From a virus, in IMG/VR virus record IMGVR_UViG_3300005976_000005, positions 1-36,447 of that record: a stretch of 36,447 bases of DNA; one strand, 5' to 3'. A program made the translations under genes and the position numbers. Under the pieces are notes generated by a model. The model was not told where the DNA came from, searched no databases, and saw only the letters and a list, made by a program, of their open reading frames with translations. Each line of letters begins with the position of its first letter. The first letter of the stretch is position 1. Below are positions 18,888 through 27,503 of this stretch, piece by piece.

Positions 18888-19430
18888 TCATCCTAATCCT
18901 TCAGGAAAGGCCTTAATCAATTTCTCATACTCTTCATCAAACATCTTTTTAAACAATCTTTTCTTCCCTATAAGATCAACAAATCTGCTGGTAAAATCTA
19001 TTCTGTAGATTTTACCATTATTACCCTTAATGACATTCTCTATGCTCCAATCATAAACATGAAATCCACACTTCTTTGCCAAACTCATAAACTTCTCCTC
19101 AAATGCCTTATACTCCTCACCAAACTCATCTTTAATGAATTTTCCATTAATATGCTTCATTACAATACCTACAGCCCATTTAAACTTACTCCTTTGTACC
19201 CACGTAAGACTATAGACTTTAGGAACCATTCCTGTATCCTGTAACATCTTCAAATAAACAAATTCTTCTACCATATGTTTTATGCTAAAATGATTATTCT
19301 TTATATCCTTTTTAGATAAGTTTTTCCTACACACCTTTATACCAGAATTCCTATTCAGGATATAATAAAGCGCATAGCTACCACCACCCGAAGATTTACG
19401 GGGAAGTTCTGTAATAATCTTTTTACGCAT
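18888..19430 (-). CDS. protein kinase-like fold enzyme
   Basis: Gly loop GGGSYA, IKV lysine, VPKVY, IVMKHI, catalytic YDWSIENV, IDF. Confidence 0.72.
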   Translation of the reverse strand: MRKKIITELPRKSSGGGSYALYYILNRNSGIKVCRKNLSKKDIKNNHFSIKHMVEEFVYLKMLQDTGMVPKVYSLTWVQRSKFKWAVGIVMKHINGKFIKDEFGEEYKAFEEKFMSLAKKCGFHVYDWSIENVIKGNNGKIYRIDFTSRFVDLIGKKRLFKKMFDEEYEKLIKAFPEGLG

Positions 19431-19592
19431 AATAAAACCCCAGAAGAGATATGTCAAATAAAAAAATTCCCGCGCAAGGTAAAAATTTTCTATTAAAATT
19501 CTGGGGTACCCTATATGGTACCTTACAATGCTCTCAGAAAAGCGGTGGGGGTGTCTCAATCCCAAAAACAGTAAAAAAATGAAATTATTGAA

Positions 19593-19721
19593 GGACTCAA
19601 ATAGAGACTCATTGGAGGACTCAAATAGAGACTCATTGGAGGACTCAAATAGAGACTCATTGGAGGACTCAAATAGAGACTCATTGGAGGACTCAAATAG
19701 AGACTCATTGGAGGACTCAAA
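19593..19721. repeat. 24-bp tandem repeat, 5 copies plus partial
   Basis: Unit GGACTCAAATAGAGACTCATTGGA at 19593, 19617, 19641, 19665, 19689. Confidence 0.95.
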
Positions 19722-19939
19722 GGTTTTGGGTAAAAATGGACTCGATTGTCACGGCCCGGATTTTCCGAATTGTCAAGAAGTCACTTTTTTGGGAATCCTG
19801 TAACCTGGATTTTTGAGTTCCCCTCCCAGCATTTCTCATATGTCAATTCTCAATATTTCTGAAATCCCCACCAGAAAAAATCCACTATAGCATTCTCACA
19901 ACTAAAAAAGGAGTCCACCAAAAACAGACTCCCTCAAAA

Positions 19940-20089
19940 TCACGTTTCTGATTTTTCCAGTTTTTTACCTTTCTCAATTCCGTGAGCGAGTCCTTCTGAA
20001 TATCCTTTCTCATATTCCTGTTGTAGCATGTAACCAATGTACAACAACACTATACCAGTACCAACAATAGTACATGCCAATGTAAACAT
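19940..20089 (-). CDS. small membrane-anchored protein, 49 aa
   Basis: Hand-translated MFTLACTIVGTGIVLLYIGYMLQQEYEKGYSEG...; AGGGGG RBS. Confidence 0.55.
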   Translation of the reverse strand: MFTLACTIVGTGIVLLYIGYMLQQEYEKGYSEGLAHGIEKGKKLEKSET

Positions 20090-20098
20090 GTTACCCCC

Positions 20099-21556
20099 TT
20101 ACTTCTGGACAAAGACGAGCTTGTCCTTGGACCGGGTGAGTGCGACATACTTCAGGTTCATTTCCTGCTCAAGCTCCCAAGGCTGCTGGTCCTTACGCAT
20201 GAGAGGGAGAAGCTCAGGTCGAATGATGTATACAGTATTGTTCTCCAGACCCTTTGCCTTGTGGACAGTCGAGAACACAGTACCCTTCAATTCGTCAGAG
20301 AATACCCGGTCGATCATGTTCACAATGTCATAGGGTGAAGATGCCTGCTTGGAAAACTCCTCAAGGACGTCTGCGTAGTCCATGATAGTTTCCTTGACAG
20401 CACTGGAAGCCCAACGCTTATTGAGAACTTCGAGCTGAGCATTCTGCCACTCAGTCACCTTCTGATTGAACTCAGAGAGAGTCTTCGCCTGAAATCCGAC
20501 AACAAGACCACGAAGGAACTTGCCAATGTCAGTCCCACGAACACAAGCCTTCTTACCATCACGAATCAACTTGATGGCATAACTGATAAGAGGAGCATTG
20601 GTTCGACAGAGGACCAGAGGCTCACAGTTGGTATCAACCTTGTCAATGAACTCTTCGGCGGTGATGTAATCGACAGTACCCTCATTCGCAGCAGGAGCAG
20701 CCTCGATGTAAGGAACAATCTCCTTGGCAAGCTCCAGATGAGAAGTAGGGCAACGATAACACACAGAGAGTGGAAGCTCAGTTGCCTTGAGGACTTCCTT
20801 CATCCGAGGCATTGCCTCGGTGTCAGCACCACGAAAACCATAGATGCTCTGCTTGGGATCACCAACAGCCACGATTCGCCCGTTGGGCTTCTTGACCATC
20901 TTCAGGACCATTTCGATCTGAGACCTGTTGAGGTCCTGGCACTCATCGACAAACACATTGTCGAAAGTAGGAACATTGAGACCAAGAGCAACGGGCATGT
21001 AGATCATATCATCGAAGTCAACGAACTTGTGGATGGCGACTGACTTCTCCATGATGGAACGAGCAATGCCAAGGACTGAGGGGTCATAGTTGACATTGTA
21101 GTAGTTGGCAGCCTTGATTACCTCATCGTTGTTCTTGTAGTCAATGAGGGTGTTCTTCCAGATTGAGACGAGCTTCGAGACCTGCTCACGAACCTGAAAG
21201 ACCTGAGCCTTCTCACGGCCAGTCATCCCGTCCAGGAATGAAGTGGCAGGGTACTTGTTCATGATCTTGTTGAGCTTGAACTTGTCAACACGAGTATACC
21301 CAAATGCCTTGATGATTGCCTTGAGTCCGAATGAGTGAAGAGTGATGGCAGTCACGTGACTGGGAACCTTCGACTCAAGCTCTGTGGCGATGGACTTGTT
21401 GAAAGCCACGAAGACAGAAACACCTTTTACTCTCCGCATCGATTCCAGCAAAGAAAAGGTCTTTCCACTTCCAGCCACAGCATTGACCATCAGGTGACCA
21501 GTCTGGGACTCGATGGCACTGAAGAGGTCTTTCTGATACTGAGAAAACTCAAACAT
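20099..21556 (-). CDS. superfamily 1 (UvrD/Rep-like) helicase
   Basis: AVAGSGKT, VDECQD, VGDPKQSIYGFRGA, STVHKAKGLE, YVALTR; start MFEFSQYQ with GAGGAG RBS. Confidence 0.93.
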   Translation of the reverse strand: MFEFSQYQKDLFSAIESQTGHLMVNAVAGSGKTFSLLESMRRVKGVSVFVAFNKSIATELESKVPSHVTAITLHSFGLKAIIKAFGYTRVDKFKLNKIMNKYPATSFLDGMTGREKAQVFQVREQVSKLVSIWKNTLIDYKNNDEVIKAANYYNVNYDPSVLGIARSIMEKSVAIHKFVDFDDMIYMPVALGLNVPTFDNVFVDECQDLNRSQIEMVLKMVKKPNGRIVAVGDPKQSIYGFRGADTEAMPRMKEVLKATELPLSVCYRCPTSHLELAKEIVPYIEAAPAANEGTVDYITAEEFIDKVDTNCEPLVLCRTNAPLISYAIKLIRDGKKACVRGTDIGKFLRGLVVGFQAKTLSEFNQKVTEWQNAQLEVLNKRWASSAVKETIMDYADVLEEFSKQASSPYDIVNMIDRVFSDELKGTVFSTVHKAKGLENNTVYIIRPELLPLMRKDQQPWELEQEMNLKYVALTRSKDKLVFVQK

Positions 21557-21647
21557 TCTCTCTCCTCTGTTGGGTTTATCTCTCTCACTTCCCACACATA
21601 TAATATACAGCCAGACCAAGAAAAACACAAGAGCTAATTTATTTTTT

Positions 21648-21663
21648 TGGCACAGTGTTTGCT
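21648..21663 (+). promoter_or_regulatory. sigma54 -24/-12 consensus site
   Basis: TGGCACAGTGTTTGCT, GG-N10-GC; equivalents at 23442, 27121, 27994. Confidence 0.6.
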
Positions 21664-21866
21664 TACTTGATGCTACCGTCTGGGTAAACCTCAGCATAAT
21701 CTGTTCGACCGTTGCGATGACGAGTCATGAAGATGGAGTCACGCAGGATACCATCGGCATCCTCAGAAGCATCGAATGCCCATCCAGTCCACTCGTAGCC
21801 CTGCTTGTAGAGCTTCTGTTCGGACTTCATCTGGGCATCTGTCGGGGTAGGTATTGTTGAAGGCAT
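21663..21866 (-). CDS. hypothetical protein
   Basis: ORF behind promoter 21910-21938. Confidence 0.65.
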   Translation of the reverse strand: MPSTIPTPTDAQMKSEQKLYKQGYEWTGWAFDASEDADGILRDSIFMTRHRNGRTDYAEVYPDGSIK

Positions 21867-21958
21867 CTTATTTTTCCTTTGAATGGGTCACTCTCTCAAC
21901 CACATCTATAATATACAGCTTTTTTGGTTGAATGTCAAGGTTTATTTTCAACTTTCTA

Positions 21959-22037
21959 TTTAATCGTTTAAACCAGACTCCGACCGGGCGGGCTACCCCT
22001 GCCCATGGCCTCTTCTGATGGACTAGCCACCCTATGC
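21959..22037 (-). ncRNA. candidate small RNA, copy A
   Basis: Promoter-proximal, no credible ORF, GC-rich; near-identical inverted copy at 29403-29484. Confidence 0.5.
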
Positions 22038-22217
22038 TTATAATATAATAAAAAAGGGCTTGAATGTCAAGCCCTTTCTTCAAACTAAGTCATATCTAAA
22101 TAAATCAATGTATAAAATTCTAAAAGTTATCAGGGCGAATCGCGTGCCATGTTCCTTGCCTACTTGGCTTTATCCGGCGAACTCCCGCCGAGGGATTATC
22201 AAAAGGACCACTCAAAC

Positions 22218-22526
22218 TCACATAATGGAATCAATAATGTCCTTCGATTCTTTCAGGGAAAGTCCGGTGGCATATCTCAGAATCTTTATTGCCAGAATCT
22301 TGTTTCTTGTGTCGATTGCCTGCTTGATGGTCTCATCACTTCCTCCAGGACCCCGGTAAGTCCAACCGTAGGGAATGACTGCTGGACCAAAATCAAGCGG
22401 GTTGACGTAACACTTGTTCGGGTCTTGTTCACCCAAAGCACCGACAATCTTTTCGTGAAGCTCTGGATTGTCTGCGCAACCACGAAGCAGAAAAGAAACT
22501 TCTTTGACTGAAAGGTTCAAGAGCAA
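22218..22526 (-). CDS. protein with ribosomal bL12 (L7/L12) C-terminal-like domain
   Basis: NKILAIKILRYATGLSLKESKDIID matches the L7/L12 CTD motif. Confidence 0.7.
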   Translation of the reverse strand: MLLNLSVKEVSFLLRGCADNPELHEKIVGALGEQDPNKCYVNPLDFGPAVIPYGWTYRGPGGSDETIKQAIDTRNKILAIKILRYATGLSLKESKDIIDSIM

Positions 22527-22544
22527 ATTAATTGTATCTTCTCA

Positions 22545-22730
22545 TCAGACGAGTTTAATGAAAATGTCGACGGGTGCGTCGAGTACTTTGTTCAAATAGG
22601 CAATGTCATTGTCGTTAATAGGACCACGGTTTGATTTGTTCATCTCCTCGGCAGCGATCAATCTTGCCTTGGTTGCCTCGAACGACTTGGGAGTGAAAAT
22701 AGTTCCTACTTTTAAGTCTTTGGGATTCAT
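22545..22730 (-). CDS. hypothetical protein
   Basis: MNPKDLKVG start behind promoter and leader. Confidence 0.6.
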   Translation of the reverse strand: MNPKDLKVGTIFTPKSFEATKARLIAAEEMNKSNRGPINDNDIAYLNKVLDAPVDIFIKLV

Positions 22731-22820
22731 CTCATCTCTCCTTCGTTTGGGGGTCACTCTTTCAACCACACATATAATATAATCAATTAACAGTAAGAAG
22801 TCAATAGTCTTTTTCCTTCT

Positions 22821-23292
22821 CTATTTGATACCAAGTACTTTTCTTTCATACGGAGTCATCTTCGACTTGATACGTTCCTTCTCAGTCACCTTCTTCGACA
22901 ACCGTTCTTTCTCTAATTCCTTTTCGATGAACCAGTACTCTTCATTCTTCAGTCTTTCCTCGAACTCGGAGTCCGTTTCAAGTCTATGAGTCCTGAAGCA
23001 GAGTGAGTTGTCGACGGGTTGCTTTGTGTACTTGGTAGCAAAGTACTCCTCTCCGTGAACGTTACGAGACTTCCTTACAATCTGGGCACCGTGGTTCTTG
23101 GCAATCTTCGCGAGATTGGCAGCAGTCTCGGCAAAAGCATCCGGGTCTGTTTTGTTGATGAACAGAGTCAGCAGGTTCCTTGTATTCAACTCTTCAGGAA
23201 TCCAGTACTTGTAGATGACCTTCTTCTGGTGGTCCTTGGCACGGAACTGCTCGGCAAGTTCTTTCTTCAGGTTGTTTTTTGTAGTTCTTCAT
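22821..23292 (-). pseudogene. hypothetical protein with apparent +1 homopolymer frameshift near 23275
   Basis: ATG AAG AAC TAC then A6; removing one A joins the 122-aa ORF via NLKKELAEQFRAKDHQKK. Confidence 0.55.
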
Positions 23293-23358
23293 CTGATCTT
23301 CTTCGTTTATGTTACTCTCCCAACCACATCTATAATATACAGCTAAACCAAGGAAAAG

Positions 23359-23541
23359 TCAAGGTTTATTTTCATCATCAGCAAAGAAATATTCCATATC
23401 GTTTCTGTCGTCCCAACCAGCACCATAATGGAGGTTGGCGTTGGCACAATCATTGCTACAGAATTCCTGGTCTTCGTCCTCTGGTTCGAACTCACATTGG
23501 CAGTAAAAGTATTTACAAGTCTTTTTCATATCACAGACCAC
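23359..23541 (-). CDS. small Cys-rich acidic protein
   Basis: CKYFYC...FCSNDC. Confidence 0.6.
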   Translation of the reverse strand: MVCDMKKTCKYFYCQCEFEPEDEDQEFCSNDCANANLHYGAGWDDRNDMEYFFADDENKP

Positions 23542-23746
23542 AAGCTTTCAGAAAAGTTTCACGATTGAACTTGGAATTGTCGGCACCAAGCGAATCTGCC
23601 AGAACTATACACCCGTGCCTCCACTGCTTCACAGAGGAGTACTGGTTCCTTCTCCACTCGAGCTTCTCATTGAGATAGCTCAAATAACTCTTCGGTCTGG
23701 CAACTTCCATTGCTTTGGCAAGTTTGATGTAGTCTTTTTTTGTCAT
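23531..23746 (-). CDS. hypothetical phage protein
   Basis: MTKKDYIKLA...DNSKFNRETFLKACG. Confidence 0.65.
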   Translation of the reverse strand: MTKKDYIKLAKAMEVARPKSYLSYLNEKLEWRRNQYSSVKQWRHGCIVLADSLGADNSKFNRETFLKACGL

Positions 23747-23868
23747 TTCCCATCTCCTTTCTCTACATATAATATAATCGATGTTGGCTAAAAAGTCAAT
23801 AGGAAAATAAAAAAAAGTCCCCACCAGGACGGCAGGGACTTTCAGAAGAGAGGAGGGAGAGAGATTTG

Positions 23869-24363
23869 TTAGGCGTCCGAATCTTCGGAAGCCATATCGG
23901 CCATGGCGGCCTCCATTGCGGCAGTGTCCTCATCGATCACGGGAGCCTCGGTGACCTCGGCAGTCTCTGCCTTCTTGGCACGATTCTTGTGGGTACCCTT
24001 CTTGCCCTTCTTGGTCTCGGAAGCATTCTCCAGCTTTGCATTCTCTTTGGCGGAGATGACCTGAAGTCCGGCCTTCTTCAGGATGGCAACGGTACGGCTG
24101 GTGGACATTCCAACCTTGGTGGCAATCTCATCGGCAGAGAGCTTGCCCTTCTGACCGTGAGCCAGGACTCGACGTCGAGCGGCAGCCTCTACTCGCTTCT
24201 CCTTGCCCCTGGTATTGGCATACACGGTCTGGTAGGTAATCCCGGTTGCCTTTGCGGCCTCGGAAAGGGACTTGCCTGCCTCAACAAGAGCAACGGCTGC
24301 GGCAGTTGCCGAATCGTACTTCACACCGTCGATGGTCACGGACCTGAAATTCTTTTTAGCCAT
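23869..24363 (-). CDS. tandem-HTH basic DNA-binding protein with acidic tail
   Basis: IDGVKYDS, SLSEAAKATGITYQTVY, SADEIATKVGMSTSRTV; AGGAG RBS before MAKKNF. Confidence 0.7.
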   Translation of the reverse strand: MAKKNFRSVTIDGVKYDSATAAAVALVEAGKSLSEAAKATGITYQTVYANTRGKEKRVEAAARRRVLAHGQKGKLSADEIATKVGMSTSRTVAILKKAGLQVISAKENAKLENASETKKGKKGTHKNRAKKAETAEVTEAPVIDEDTAAMEAAMADMASEDSDA

Positions 24364-24463
24364 TATTGGACTCCTTCTGATTGGTTGTTTGTTATTGAAG
24401 AAATTCAGTCTCAATCTCAACACTTATAATATAATCAATTTCGGCTGGTTTGTCAATAGTTTT

Positions 24464-24646
24464 TTACAAGAAAAATGAAAGAAAACCCAGAAAGAGAACC
24501 GCGGCGATAACTGCGAAGATGATTCCAGCAACGTTACTGAGCACGGCCCAGATTAGACCCAGAAGCTTTATAGCAACCATTGTGCCAACTATGGCTCCAC
24601 CAACGATCAATACTGCCCAGAGAATGAAAGACACTACTGCTGCCAT
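24464..24646 (-). CDS. two-TM membrane protein
   Basis: Entirely hydrophobic 60 aa; AGGAG RBS. Confidence 0.65.
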   Translation of the reverse strand: MAAVVSFILWAVLIVGGAIVGTMVAIKLLGLIWAVLSNVAGIIFAVIAAVLFLGFLSFFL

Positions 24647-24774
24647 TTGTTGGCTCCTTTGTATTTGGTTTTGCGGGTGTACTTGGTTTTGTCCCTGATG
24701 ACTTTGGTGGTTCGTCCACCCCTAAGCTTAGGGACACTTACTCCGTTTATATTCTTGAATGAGACTTCCATCAT
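24634..24774 (-). CDS. small basic protein, 46 aa (ArfA-like K-Y-x-R-K motif)
   Basis: Hand-translated MMEVSFKNINGVSVPKLRGGRTTKVIRDKTKYTRKTKYKG...; GGAGG RBS right after promoter. Confidence 0.55.
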   Translation of the reverse strand: MMEVSFKNINGVSVPKLRGGRTTKVIRDKTKYTRKTKYKGANKWQQ

Positions 24775-24823
24775 AACCTCCATCTATAATATACAGCTTT
24801 TTTGGTTGAATGTCAAGGTTTAT

Positions 24824-25531
24824 TTAGCCCTGAAATTTAACCACTGTACGGCACTTCTTACAAGTATAAGGCAAACCTTTCTGAGCCCTTGTGTGTTTGA
24901 TGGCACTCAACCAGTGAGTCGAGCAAACACATTTGTACTCAAAACGACGACCACGGCAGGCATTTGAAACGTCATAGTTGTGCGTGGCCTTGGGAACCCT
25001 GTTGAACCAAACGGTCATATAGAACTTCCACTCACCACCATGGGGTCTGCTACGAGACAAACCATTCAATCTGTCATCGTTCCAGACTAGATAATGGCAG
25101 AACTCATGAGGAATGGTCTGGTTGATATAGTCTTCGAGATTTTCAGAGGCCAACTGAAGGTTGACCCTGAAGTGGGGTCTGTAGTTCATTACACGGAACT
25201 GCCCAGCCGTGGTTCCCTTGAGGTCCCAGAGAATGTCGATTTTGGGAAGATTCTTTGCTCTGGAGTAAGCAACCTCATAGCATTTGTCGAATGCCTTATT
25301 GATTGCTTCCCTAACGGATTTGAAGTTGTCCGTGGTAGTTCTGCTTACGGGTTTCCTAGCACCACCATTCAGGTAGCTAACAATGGTTGCGTGGACTGTC
25401 TGAGGAGCAACACCAAGCATTCTGGCGATCCGATTCTTGTCCTGGGGTTCGTTTCTGAGTGCTCCAGATTTGAACAACTCACGAACCACTTCAGCCTTAG
25501 ACTTATAAACAACACCATCAAAAACAACCAT
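24824..25531 (-). CDS. SprT-like zinc metalloprotease with N-terminal HTH
   Basis: TTAGQ, TIPHEFCH, PHGGEWK, YKCVC...CKKC ribbon. Confidence 0.85.
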   Translation of the reverse strand: MVVFDGVVYKSKAEVVRELFKSGALRNEPQDKNRIARMLGVAPQTVHATIVSYLNGGARKPVSRTTTDNFKSVREAINKAFDKCYEVAYSRAKNLPKIDILWDLKGTTAGQFRVMNYRPHFRVNLQLASENLEDYINQTIPHEFCHYLVWNDDRLNGLSRSRPHGGEWKFYMTVWFNRVPKATHNYDVSNACRGRRFEYKCVCSTHWLSAIKHTRAQKGLPYTCKKCRTVVKFQG

Positions 25532-25619
25532 AACAAACTCACTTCTCAACTGTGTATCTATAATATACAGCTAAACAGGAAGAATGTCAATAGCCAATTT
25601 TGGATTTCTTCACTTTTTT

Positions 25620-25635
25620 ATTTAGGCGCCTAAAT
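25620..25635. promoter_or_regulatory. palindromic operator-like site TTTAGGCGCCTAAA
   Basis: Perfect palindrome, also at 27249-27262 and 29470-29483. Confidence 0.6.
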
Positions 25636-25649
25636 GGATTTTGAAAAAG

Positions 25650-25900
25650 TAAGTGGCTGATGAGGCGTCCCTCACCAGCCACCCACCCGTTGGCCAACAA
25701 CCAAGGAATTTGAGCTACCGGGCCACATGCCCAGGCGGGTTTTCCAAGTTCCCGCATCTCTCGGTAGACACCGATTGCTCTTTCTGGTACTTTCTAACAT
25801 TCCACTGGGTCCAGGGGTCTGGGTCCCTCTATAGCTTATATGTGCTGGGTGGGAACCCCATCTCTCTGCCCTTTCTTTGAATTGTTTCTCTCAACCACAT
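25650..25900 (-). ncRNA. candidate ~250-nt structured RNA
   Basis: Promoter 25905-25933, only a 10-codon ORF, several GC-rich hairpins. Confidence 0.45.
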
Positions 25901-25942
25901 CTATAATATAATCAATTCTGAGTGGTTTGTCAATAGTTTTTT

Positions 25943-26152
25943 TCAGATTCCTTCGAAAAGAACGATAGCAGCTTCTGAGTCTTCGTCTGCGTTTCTCCTG
26001 GCAATCTGTATTGCTTCTGTCTCCGAGAGTATCTTAGGCCGGCAGAATCCTGATTCCTTCTTGGTGAAAATGTCCTGGCCGTTGATGGTTTGCTCATACC
26101 ACCATTCGTTTCCTTCTTCATCCAGGAGGGCTGCTATGTACTTCTTTTCCAT
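25943..26152 (-). CDS. hypothetical protein
   Basis: GAGG RBS. Confidence 0.6.
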   Translation of the reverse strand: MEKKYIAALLDEEGNEWWYEQTINGQDIFTKKESGFCRPKILSETEAIQIARRNADEDSEAAIVLFEGI

Positions 26153-26280
26153 TGAATTCCTCAGTTGTTGTAGATTTTGAGCTGAATGGTACTGGCATTC
26201 TCATAGATGAAGCCATTCTCTTTCTCTTCTTTCTGACTACACATATAATATACAGCCGAACCAAGGAAAAGTCAAGAAGA

Positions 26281-26598
26281 TTATTTGATCTCCTCGAACT
26301 TTTTCATGGCAGACTCCTTGGTGCTGTATGCCCAAGCCGTGATGCCGAAATCACTGTTTCCAGGAAACTTTTCTGCGGCAGTGTAGTGGTAGACCTTACC
26401 CTTCTTCTTTCCGTGCTTCTGAACCATCGAGTAGGGCTTACATACCTTGATCTTGAATACCTCGTAGTCTATAGAAGTATCTTCCGGGTGGAGAATGTTT
26501 TCTTGTGAGTAGACTGCGGCATTCTTGGAACGGGTGACCATCTTGTACAGATACCCATTCTTCTTCTTGGTCTCGGGGAGTTTGTCGTACTTTGCCAT
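26281..26598 (-). CDS. hypothetical basic protein
   Basis: AGGAG RBS, own promoter. Confidence 0.7.
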   Translation of the reverse strand: MAKYDKLPETKKKNGYLYKMVTRSKNAAVYSQENILHPEDTSIDYEVFKIKVCKPYSMVQKHGKKKGKVYHYTAAEKFPGNSDFGITAWAYSTKESAMKKFEEIK

Positions 26599-26858
26599 AT
26601 CTCAATCTCCTTTATCTACATATAATATAATGGATGGGGGCTGAAATGTCAACCCCCAATTTTACATTTTTTTCAGTGCCTTCTCGATGCCAGGAACCAC
26701 AGTGTCCCAGAACCGATCGATAACATAATGAAGAAAGGATTCTCACAGAGATGCCGAACGACTCCGACCATCACCTGTTTGGCATTCTCCAGGTCAATCT
26801 CACCATCCGTATCCATTGGCACGGAAATTGCTTTGGCCTGGTTCATTTCATCTTCCTA

Positions 26859-27008
26859 CTACTCCTTGTCTTCCTCGTACTGGTGCTCCACGAAATCAGA
26901 GAATGACAAGTCCGGTTCATCCGACATTCTGTTGAAGTCCGCGTGAATCCGATGAAGTTCTCTCATCCCGTAATCATTCATCCAATCGATCATTGAGGGG
27001 AATTTCAT
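26859..27008 (-). CDS. small acidic protein, 49 aa
   Basis: Hand-translated MKFPSMIDWMNDYGMRELHRIHADFNRMSDEPDLSFSDFVEHQYEEDKE. Confidence 0.55.
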   Translation of the reverse strand: MKFPSMIDWMNDYGMRELHRIHADFNRMSDEPDLSFSDFVEHQYEEDKE

Positions 27009-27120
27009 CTCTCATCCTTTCGAAGAGTGTTTGTCTCTCTCTCTCTCACTTCCCACACATATAATATACAGCTAAACAGTAAAAAAATCAATAGGAAATT
27101 TAATCTTTTTTCATTTTTAT

Positions 27121-27159
27121 TGGCACGATGTTTGCTTAGTGTGGATAACTTGTGGATAA
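27121..27159 (+). promoter_or_regulatory. sigma54 consensus site directly followed by two perfect DnaA boxes
   Basis: TGGCACGATGTTTGCT (27121-27136); TGTGGATAA at 27140-27148 and 27151-27159. Confidence 0.7.
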
Positions 27160-27209
27160 CTTTTTTAAAATAACTATTGAGTTTTCCCCGGTCTTACTGT
27201 ATATTATAT

Positions 27210-27262
27210 GTGTGGGGTGGCCCAGTGAACGGCGAGCTCGGACTCTGGTTTAGGCGCCTAAA
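27210..27262 (+). ncRNA. candidate small RNA, copy C (short variant)
   Basis: Promoter TTGAGT-17-TATATT (27177-27205), then GGGTGGC...TCGGACTCTGGTTTAGGCGCCTAAA. Confidence 0.4.
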
Positions 27263-27292
27263 TAAACAGATATAAAAAGTCCCCCAGTTGCT

Positions 27293-27503
27293 CGGTTACA
27301 AACTCCATTCCAGAATGTGGTGCTACTGATAGAATGAATCGTGTCGGTGAGAAATTTAAGTGCCTTAAATGTAACCACGAAGACAATGCTGATTTAAACG
27401 CAGCCTTAAATATTCTCAAGCGATTCGTTACCGGACCCTACGGTGCCGGTTACAAACTAGAAAACTTAGCATTTCAAAATGTCCAAGTTTGAAGGAACGG
27501 TTA
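27293..27503 (+). mobile_element. ~205-bp non-autonomous IS605/IS607-type remnant retaining the tnpB 3' end
   Basis: Encodes PECG..NR.GEKFKCLKCNHEDNADLNAALNI; CGGTTA at both junctions; internal hairpin ACCGG...CCGGT. Confidence 0.75.

Noticed and set aside
19593-19721. CRISPR array, or the 91-aa ORF with DSNRDSLE repeats
   Set aside because: Repeats are contiguous with no unique spacers and no cas genes are present; the ORF is a by-product of the 24-bp period
21868-22083. 71-aa minus-strand ORF across sRNA copy A
   Set aside because: Runs through two promoters, has a TTG start without a clear RBS, and copy B has no equivalent start
23237-23991. Additional sigma54-like sites TGGCACGGAACTGC and TGGCACGATTCTTGT
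   Set aside because: The first has the wrong GG-GC spacing and the second lacks the -12 GC; both are inside coding sequence
1223-26946. Long plus-strand ORFs (e.g. 1223-1846, 23019-23678, 23866-24429, 25094-25633)
   Set aside because: Antisense shadows of well-supported minus-strand genes
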